From: Candidatus Caldarchaeales archaeon | GTDB lineage: Archaea > Thermoproteota > Nitrososphaeria_A > Caldarchaeales > Wolframiiraptoraceae | Direction: 5' to 3' | DNA length: 10,008 bases | NCBI GenBank assembly: GCA_039630055.1 | Contig: JBCNVN010000034.1 | Coordinates: 1-10,008 of the forward strand | In this document: positions 1 through 5,966 of the stretch, in pieces | Layout: each line of letters opens with the position of its first letter | Position numbering within the stretch: the first letter of the stretch is position 1 | Position numbers and translations under genes: made by a program | The notes under the pieces: generated by a model | Database searches by the model: none | What the model was told of the DNA's origin: nothing | Seen by the model: the letters and a program-made list of their open reading frames with translations, nothing else

Positions 1-108
1 GTGGAGAGGGTTGCTGAGAAGGTTGTAGAAGGCTTCCTGTATGATGCAAGCTTCTGGGATTCTGTAGAAGAGGTTGTAAAGTATGTGCTCATGGATTTGA
101 AGAGGTGA
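1..108 (+). CDS. 3' end of an unidentified protein-coding gene running in from the left edge (partial)
   Basis: Frame +1 is open from base 1 to TGA at 106-108 and reads VERVAEKVVEGFLYDASFWDSVEEVVKYVLMDLKR*. The sequence is purine-rich with a protein-like helical composition. The stop lies inside GAGGTGA, an SD-type motif for a next cistron. No family recognised. Confidence 0.6.
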   Translation: MERVAEKVVEGFLYDASFWDSVEEVVKYVLMDLKR

Positions 109-114
109 TGAAAG

Positions 115-168
115 ATGGGTAAGGTCTTAGATGCTGAAACATGCTCCAGCTGTGGGGAGGAGTACTGA
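115..168 (+). pseudogene. Short or truncated ORF with one CxxC pair (MGKVLDAETCSSCGEEY*), possible zinc-ribbon gene remnant
   Basis: GAGGTGA at 102-108 lies 6 nt before ATG 115. The ORF contains CSSCG and stops at TGA 166-168 before any second Cys pair. Confidence 0.35.
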
Positions 169-440
169 TATGAGTCCAACCCAACAACCATCTTTAGAAC
201 TCGTTAAAAACATCATAATCTTATTGATTTGGATAATCACGGTTGAGGGCCAGGACGATACAATACAATATAGGAAAATAAGAAAACATTCTATAGATAT
301 CTAGATTGTTAACCTCTAAAGATAATCTAGCCTGTATACCTACCCTAAGATTATCTCTTATCTTCTCCCCCATAGGTATGGCATCCTGTCTAGAATCAAG
401 ATGAATACCCTTGGAAGACTCCTATCTTCTATCCATAATC

Positions 441-851
441 CTACTTGAGGGGGACATACATAGAACTACGTGTAGCGCCGACACCAGCCCTCCCATGTTT
501 CACCTGTTTACATGTAGGTGTAAACTCTCCCAGCCTATGACCTATCATCTCCGGTCTTATCTCTACTGGAACATACTCTCTCCCATTGTATACATGTATC
601 GTCAACCCTACCATCTCCGGTAATATCACCATATCCCGAGCATGGGTCTTCAGAGGCTTAATATTCTTCTGCCCAGTCTTCAAGAGCATCTTATACTCTT
701 TTACCTTTTCCAGTAGTTTAAGCTGTGTCGGAGTTAAGCCTCTCTCTAGACTCCTCCTCTGCCTACTCGGCAACAATCTAATAAAATGATCCATACTCAT
801 CTGCTGTAATTCTTCTAGCGTATATCCTCTATAGGTAAATTCTCTAGGCAT
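441..851 (-). CDS. rps19p: 30S ribosomal protein S19 (uS19), archaeal type
   Basis: N-terminal [14 protein letters not shown] and SRQRRSL, core [32 protein letters not shown], and C-terminal [14 protein letters not shown]; all are hallmark archaeal uS19 motifs; 136 aa. Confidence 0.98.
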   Translation of the reverse strand: MPREFTYRGYTLEELQQMSMDHFIRLLPSRQRRSLERGLTPTQLKLLEKVKEYKMLLKTGQKNIKPLKTHARDMVILPEMVGLTIHVYNGREYVPVEIRPEMIGHRLGEFTPTCKQVKHGRAGVGATRSSMYVPLK

Positions 852-873
852 GCACTATACTTCTCTCCTCCAA

Positions 874-882
874 CATATAAAG
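874..882 (-). promoter_or_regulatory. TATA box of rps19 (likely leaderless transcript)
   Basis: The minus strand reads CTTTATATG. TTTATA sits at -30 to -25 relative to the ATG at 851, the canonical archaeal spacing. Confidence 0.65.
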
Positions 883-1100
883 ATAGCTGGCTCTCCTCGT
901 AGAAGTCTACCCCAAGTTCATAGAAACAATCCTGGAGAGAAGGGTCTACATAGAGAGATCCATAATCTCAGCTTTAACCTACGGTCAATATAACTCTAGA
1001 GAAGACTGTAAGGTTATAGCTATAAAACGGTCTCTGCTGACTAACATTAAACAATACTGTATGTCAAAATCCATCAATATTTTAAAATAAATTAATTATA

Positions 1101-1108
1101 TTTATAGA
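1101..1108 (+). promoter_or_regulatory. TATA box of trpB2, within an AT-rich tract (about 1078-1110)
   Basis: TTTATAGA at 1101-1108 is -30 to -23 from ATG 1131, favouring a leaderless start at 1131 over GTG 1119. Confidence 0.55.
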
Positions 1109-1130
1109 ATACAATGTAGTGGTATATTCT

Positions 1131-2426
1131 ATGAGTAAGGTTGTGCAAGTCTCTCTCCCAGTCGATGAACTACCCAGATACTGGTATAATATCTTACCCG
1201 ACCTACCTGAGAAGCTTCCAGAACCATTAGATGAAGAAGGTAGAATAGAGAGATTAAAAAACATTCTAATACCAGAATGTATTAGACAAGAGTATTCAAG
1301 TGAAAGATGGGTGGAGATACCTGAAGAGGTTAGAGAGCTATACATTCGAGCAGGTCGGCCTAGACCATTACATAGAGCTATAGGATTGGAGAAGATGCTC
1401 AAGACGCCTGCACGCTTATACTATAAGAGAGAAGATCTATCACCAACCGGAAGCCATAAGGTAAACACCGCACTTGCACAAGTATATTATGCAGCTAAAG
1501 CAGGTTTCAGCCGTGTAGTAACAGAGACTGGCGCAGGTCAATGGGGAACAGCGGTAGCATATGCTGCATCATTGATGGGTTTAAAGTCTACTATATACTG
1601 GGTGAGAGAAGCATATGAATGGAAACCTGAGAGGAGGATGTTTATGAAGCTCTATGGTGCAGAGGTCTTAGCCTCACCCTCTGAGAAGACAGAGTTTGGG
1701 AGAAGCCTCCTAAGACGAGATCCAGAACACAAGGGTACACTAGGCATAGCTATCTCCGAGGCAGCAGAAGATGCTTTAAAGAACGATGATACAGCATACC
1801 CTGTTGGAAGCGTCTTAAACTATGTTCTCATGCACCAGACAATCATAGGATTGGAGACATTGAGACAGTTAGAGATACTGGATGAGACACCCGATGTAAT
1901 GATAGGATGCCTGGGAGGTGGAAGCAACTTCGGCGGGCTCACTCTACCGATGATCGGGAAGGTTCTCAGAAGAGAGGTAGACAAGAAGATTAGATTCTTA
2001 GCAGCACAGTCTGAAGCTGCACCAAATCTTGTTAAAGGAATCTACCAGTACGATTTCCCAGATACAGCAAAGATATTGCCTAGAATCAAGGGATATACAT
2101 TAACACATAGCTTCGAGATGCCTAGGATATGGGCTGAAGGTCTCAGATATCATATGGCCTCACCAATAATCAGCTTTCTAAAAAGTAGGGGGTTGGTGGA
2201 GGCGGTATCTTATCCAGAAGATGAGAGAGCAGTATTCGAAGCAGCTAGAATGTTTATACAAGCAGAAGGATTTCTACCAGCTCCCGAATCATCTTATGCG
2301 ATAAAAGCGATGGTTGATGAGGCTGTCAAAGCCAGAGAAGAAAGAGAGGAAAAAGTAATAGTCGCGAACGTAAGTGGTCACGGCTTCCTAGACTTAGAAG
2401 CATATAGTAAAGTAATCAATCTATAA
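1131..2426 (+). CDS. trpB2: TrpB-like PLP-dependent enzyme, TrpB2 family (tryptophan synthase beta chain 2), stand-alone; alternative start GTG 1119
   Basis: N-terminal LPRYWYNILPDLP (typical of TrpB2), PLP-lysine motif TGSHKVNTA, TETGAGQWG, GCLGGGSNF, YDFPDT, GLRYH, PAPESS, and C-terminal NVSGHGFLDL. Confidence 0.93.
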   Translation: MSKVVQVSLPVDELPRYWYNILPDLPEKLPEPLDEEGRIERLKNILIPECIRQEYSSERWVEIPEEVRELYIRAGRPRPLHRAIGLEKMLKTPARLYYKREDLSPTGSHKVNTALAQVYYAAKAGFSRVVTETGAGQWGTAVAYAASLMGLKSTIYWVREAYEWKPERRMFMKLYGAEVLASPSEKTEFGRSLLRRDPEHKGTLGIAISEAAEDALKNDDTAYPVGSVLNYVLMHQTIIGLETLRQLEILDETPDVMIGCLGGGSNFGGLTLPMIGKVLRREVDKKIRFLAAQSEAAPNLVKGIYQYDFPDTAKILPRIKGYTLTHSFEMPRIWAEGLRYHMASPIISFLKSRGLVEAVSYPEDERAVFEAARMFIQAEGFLPAPESSYAIKAMVDEAVKAREEREEKVIVANVSGHGFLDLEAYSKVINL

Positions 2427-2430
2427 GACT

Positions 2431-2437
2431 CTTTTTT
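2431..2437 (+). terminator. Putative oligo-T terminator of trpB2
   Basis: CTTTTTT begins 5 nt after the TAA stop; T-runs are the usual archaeal intrinsic terminator. Confidence 0.45.
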
Positions 2438-2504
2438 AAAGAACTAGGTTTTAAAATTCCATAAGTCTAGTAGAATCTTACCTAGAACCGTGATAGGCTT
2501 ATCT

Positions 2505-3224
2505 TCACCTCTTCTTACGTCCAGTTCTTCTAGCAGATATCAATCCAACCTTTCTACCTGGTGGAGCATCTCTAGACACGGTCTCAGGTCTTCCAATCTT
2601 CTTCCTAGTCCCACCAAAAGGATGAAATGCTGGAACCATCGCAACCCCTCGAACCCTTGGGTAAGGTCTATGCTTAGCCCTCATCCAATGATACCTCTTA
2701 CCAGCTTTTAGGAATGGTTTATCCCTTAAGCCTCCTCCAGCTAAAGCCCCGATTATCGCCAGAGACTTAGAGCTAACCTCTACCATCTTCTTGGAAGGCA
2801 TCATGAGAACAGTCTTTCTAGGTAGCTGAGACATAACAGTTGCATACGTTCCCGCAGCTCTCACAAGCTTTCCACCATCTCCAGGCTTCAACTCGATCAT
2901 CGAGACGACGGTTCCCTCGGGAACCTTCTCTAAGGGCACTATGTTGCCAGGCTTAACAGAAGCCTCAGCCCCCATCTCAACTATCTGTCCCACATGTAAT
3001 CCTTCTACAGCGGCCACTGTAAAAGTTCTACCATCTTCAAGTGCTATCTCAGCTACAGGTACCCCTCTACCAGAGTCATGATGAAGATCTTTAACATATC
3101 CAAACAAGAGTCTTTCCGATCTGATAATCGTAGATGGATAACCTAGAGTAAACTTTCTCCTTATAGATGCCTTGAATGTAGGTGAGCCTCTACCGATCCT
3201 CTGAGCCCTTATCCTCCTACCCAT
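2505..3224 (-). CDS. rpl2p: 50S ribosomal protein L2 (uL2), archaeal type
   Basis: MGRRIRAQRIGRGSPTF, HDSGRGVPVA, ELKPGDGGKLVRAAG, KPFLKAG, PRVRGVAM, HPFGG, APPGRKVGLISARRTG; 239 aa. Confidence 0.98.
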   Translation of the reverse strand: MGRRIRAQRIGRGSPTFKASIRRKFTLGYPSTIIRSERLLFGYVKDLHHDSGRGVPVAEIALEDGRTFTVAAVEGLHVGQIVEMGAEASVKPGNIVPLEKVPEGTVVSMIELKPGDGGKLVRAAGTYATVMSQLPRKTVLMMPSKKMVEVSSKSLAIIGALAGGGLRDKPFLKAGKRYHWMRAKHRPYPRVRGVAMVPAFHPFGGTRKKIGRPETVSRDAPPGRKVGLISARRTGRKKR

Positions 3225-3312
3225 ACATAGCCCACTTAAAGAATCTAGAATATACTCTCAATATTAATATATCTATTCAGCTGTAGAGGAGAGACCAATG
3301 ATTTTTAAAGCT

Positions 3313-3319
3313 CTTAAAC
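3313..3319 (+). promoter_or_regulatory. Putative TATA box of the SPOUT methyltransferase, in the 121-bp divergent region shared with rpl2
   Basis: CTTAAAC at -33 to -27 from ATG 3346; TTTTAAAG at 3303-3310 is an alternative candidate. Confidence 0.35.
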
Positions 3320-3345
3320 AGGTACATCGATAAACCAATATAGAT

Positions 3346-4188
3346 ATGATCGTTGAGAAGAGGGGTCAGAGGATCGACGTACTTATCCCCTCATCATTCT
3401 CTTCTGAGACAGATAACCCTATCGAGAAGATTCTAAAGATAGGGCTCGTTGCGAGATTTCTAGCTGCATGTCGAGTGGAGACATTGATAATCTATCATGA
3501 AGAGCCTGAGAACCCATTAGTGAAAGAAGCAAGATATATCAAGCTTATAATGGATTATTTGAATACAGCTCCATACCTTAGGAAGAAGATCTTCCCATTA
3601 ACATCTAAGCTAAAATATGTTGGAGTGCTCCCTCCATTAAATATTCCTACACACCCCGAGAAGCCCAACCTCGACATAGAACATTATAGAGAAGGCTTAG
3701 TAATCTCATCTAATAAAGATTCAGTGATAGAAGCAGGTCTAGACAGGAAGATCAGTGTCAGTAGAAAGCTTAGAGTAGGATCTAGAGTGATCGTTAGAGT
3801 CCAGCCAGCTCCGAATAAGACTAGGTTCAAGATATATTCTAAGAGAAAATCTAGAATCTACTCAGGTTTTAAGACCGCTATAGTCTCTGAGAAGATCAAT
3901 GAGATCGTTAAAGATTATGATTTGAAGATAGCAACCTCTAGGATGGGTGTCGATATAAGGAATGTTCTAGATGAGCTTAAAGAGAGATTGAAGAATGCTA
4001 GAAAGATATGTATAGCATTCGGTGCAGCTAAGAGGGGGCTTTACGAGATAGCTGAGATTCATAAGATAAATCTGGAAAAGACATTCGATTATGTTCTAAA
4101 CACTTTTCCAGATCAAGGGTTGAGAACTATTAGAACAGAGGAAGCTTTAGCATATACTCTAGCTATCATCAACTTAATCTCATCTTAG
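3346..4188 (+). CDS. Putative SPOUT-class RNA methyltransferase, COG2106/DUF171 (SPOUT1/C9orf114-like)
   Basis: LIPSS...KIGLVARFLAACRV, YLNTAPYLRKKIFP, LKYVGVLPPLNIPTH, YREGLV, a central OB-like insert, IATSRMG, and the knot motif FGAAKRGL...NTFPDQGLRTIRTEEAL. Confidence 0.9.
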   Translation: MIVEKRGQRIDVLIPSSFSSETDNPIEKILKIGLVARFLAACRVETLIIYHEEPENPLVKEARYIKLIMDYLNTAPYLRKKIFPLTSKLKYVGVLPPLNIPTHPEKPNLDIEHYREGLVISSNKDSVIEAGLDRKISVSRKLRVGSRVIVRVQPAPNKTRFKIYSKRKSRIYSGFKTAIVSEKINEIVKDYDLKIATSRMGVDIRNVLDELKERLKNARKICIAFGAAKRGLYEIAEIHKINLEKTFDYVLNTFPDQGLRTIRTEEALAYTLAIINLISS

Positions 4189-4194
4189 ATCTCA

Positions 4195-4626
4195 CTATAT
4201 ATCTAGTAGAAATCTTACTAATGCCTCCCCCTTCCTCTGGACTATCTCCATCCTCCAGTAAGTTGCAGCCTTAACATGTACTCCAGCTCTATGCCTGTCT
4301 GGATCAAACTCTTCCCCACATAGATGAGCTGATAAAACATATTCTCCACCAACTCTTCTAATCGACTCAACCTCAACAGTCTTAGCGATGAACTTTTCAA
4401 TATCGAATAATGCTATCAAGTGTTGAAGCCACTCTACTAGAAGAGCTTCCAAGTCTTCTCCAGATACCTCTACACTTCTCTCAGATATGCATTCTATATT
4501 TTCTGTCGATGAGATGGTGTTATAGAGAGCGAGTGCAGCTTGACCGAAAGCTTCCTCGATCGTTTCTCCATAAGCCTCTACATAGACATCTCCAGTATGT
4601 TCCAGAAATCTGAAGCCTCTACTCAT
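4195..4626 (-). CDS. Archease (RtcB activator / RNA-enzyme cofactor, SHS2 domain)
   Basis: FRFLEHTGDV (EHTAD motif), EEAFGQAALAL, LLVEWLQHL, GEEFDPDRH, VKAATY (KAVTY motif) and the conserved C-terminal LDI; 143 aa. Confidence 0.95.
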   Translation of the reverse strand: MSRGFRFLEHTGDVYVEAYGETIEEAFGQAALALYNTISSTENIECISERSVEVSGEDLEALLVEWLQHLIALFDIEKFIAKTVEVESIRRVGGEYVLSAHLCGEEFDPDRHRAGVHVKAATYWRMEIVQRKGEALVRFLLDI

Positions 4627-4652
4627 TCTAAAAATTACCGACCATAGGATAG

Positions 4653-4659
4653 CTTTAAG
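4653..4659 (-). promoter_or_regulatory. Putative TATA box of archease
   Basis: The minus strand reads TAAG-CTTAAAG; the box is at -33 to -27 from ATG 4626. Confidence 0.4.
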
Positions 4660-4701
4660 CTTACTAGATAAACTATTTTAGGGAAATATATCCAGATGAT
4701 T

Positions 4702-5796
4702 TTATCGATAAGTCTCCTCCCATCCCTCATCCAAGGTTCCTCCAGAACCCCATCCACCCCACTCCTCTTCTTCTACACGAACGACCTTTCTCCTCCTCCT
4801 TATAATAAGAACTATCACCGCCACTGCAAAGATTCCTACAGCGATCCCAATGATTATATTTCTAATGTTCTCTTGGCTTACTATGGGCCATGGCTGAGTC
4901 TGAAAGGTCGTAGTCGTAGTAATATTCTCCTTTAATGGTCTAAATAGTTGTATCTTGACAGTATATTCTCCTCCACCACCAGAACCACCCAGATTCTCAA
5001 CTCTAAGATAGAAATCGTTTACCCCAGGCTTCCAATCACCTCTAACCCTTAATGTTAGGGGTTCACCCTTCCCCTCAGACTTGTTATGTCTTAGAGAAAA
5101 ACCGTCGGGGGCGAGGAGAGAAGCCCAGACCATCAGCTTCGGGTTAGGGTCAACCTCGATAAGTATTTCATCTTTAGGCTGAAGATCTATGCTTAGCTTA
5201 TAGAAGTCTGAATAATCATTTCCATACTCTTCTTCAGATAGATATCCTCTAAAAGTTGTTAGAGTATCTATCGATACTGTGGGAGCTTGGATAGAGTTCG
5301 ACATATCTCCTCCTGCATCTCTACTCGACCCACCATCAAAAAACTTTTCAGCAACAATCTTCAAACTATAGTTTAATGCTCCAGTACTCTTCCCAACCCT
5401 AATATATAGAACTGTCTCATGTTCATGGGGATCGTAGGCTAGAAGATACCTTAATTCTACTTTTTTACGTGCATCCTTACCGACCACTTGGTCAACCCCG
5501 ATTAACCTAGCCTTAGTAGAAGAATAGAGTGAAACAGTTGTTAGACCTGGCTCTATACCTATCAAAGTCCCGGTTATACTGATCTGGACACCGCTCCCCA
5601 AACCAGTAATCATATAATAATGGTTATCTTCAAAGGTTTTAGTTAATGAACCATTAATATTAACGGTGCCTGTAGAGATATCTAAAGGAGCTGCAGTATC
5701 AAAATCTAGTCCAGGCTGTATATCTTCAGTATAGACAGATGGGCTTAAGATGAGTAGAGCCGATAGAACTAGAATTATTAACACCTTCTTCTCCAT
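4702..5796 (-). CDS. Single-pass membrane-anchored cell-surface protein with two tandem PPC-like beta-sandwich repeats; alternative start TTG 5802
   Basis: Signal peptide MEKKVLIILVLSALLILSPSVYT. Two repeats share the pattern G.L....D..YY/FY ... Y.RV....G...Y..KI and are joined by DGGSSRDAGGD. A Thr-rich linker ITTTTTFQT precedes the TM helix IIIGIAVGIFAVAVIVLII and stop-transfer RRRRK. GGAAACTATTTCAAAG (BRE/TATA-like) ends 24 nt upstream of ATG 5796. The PPC assignment is by pattern only. Confidence 0.85.
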   Translation of the reverse strand: MEKKVLIILVLSALLILSPSVYTEDIQPGLDFDTAAPLDISTGTVNINGSLTKTFEDNHYYMITGLGSGVQISITGTLIGIEPGLTTVSLYSSTKARLIGVDQVVGKDARKKVELRYLLAYDPHEHETVLYIRVGKSTGALNYSLKIVAEKFFDGGSSRDAGGDMSNSIQAPTVSIDTLTTFRGYLSEEEYGNDYSDFYKLSIDLQPKDEILIEVDPNPKLMVWASLLAPDGFSLRHNKSEGKGEPLTLRVRGDWKPGVNDFYLRVENLGGSGGGGEYTVKIQLFRPLKENITTTTTFQTQPWPIVSQENIRNIIIGIAVGIFAVAVIVLIIRRRRKVVRVEEEEWGGWGSGGTLDEGWEETYR

Positions 5797-5966
5797 CTTC
5801 AATAAATACTAGTAATACTCTTTGAAATAGTTTCCGTAACTATATCTCCTCGAGAATCCTCGGAGATTACTAAAATACTTATCTACGAAATATTGAGAAT
5901 AAAAGACCTATACCTATATCTTCTTAAATATTTAGAGGATAGAATCTTTAGTTTTTATCTTTAATC

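Noticed and set aside
221-373. 50-codon minus-strand ORF (MGEKIRDNLRVG...) downstream of rps19
   Set aside because: No resemblance to uL22 or any family I recognise, and no SD or well-placed TATA box.
411-789. Plus-strand ORFs 411..623 and 586..789
   Set aside because: Antisense shadows of rps19 with no protein-like motifs.
431-967. 10-bp direct repeat ATCCATAATC at 431-440 and 958-967, flanking rps19 and its promoter
   Set aside because: It suggests a target-site duplication, but a shared 10-mer between two intergenic regions of this size has roughly a 10-20% chance expectation, and there are no terminal inverted repeats or recombinase.
1050-1118. Short palindromes (ACAATACTGT, TACAATGTA, AATTAATT) before trpB2 as a possible Trp regulator site
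   Set aside because: They do not match the TrpY box (TGTACA) and are expected in AT-rich DNA; no Trp-rich leader peptide is present.
1082-2711. ORFs 1082..1402 (-) and 2490..2711 (+)
   Set aside because: Antisense shadows of trpB2 and rpl2; the Ser-rich composition is typical of a non-coding strand.
3079-3124. ATGATGA...CTGA resembling C and D boxes
   Set aside because: It lies antisense inside rpl2, where it is dictated by His-His-Asp codons, and there is no convincing internal D'/C' pair.
5810-5872. Imperfect inverted repeats (ATCTCC...GGAGAT, TAGTAAT...ATTACTA) upstream of the surface protein gene
   Set aside because: Short bulged stems compatible with chance; no ncRNA or operator consensus recognised.
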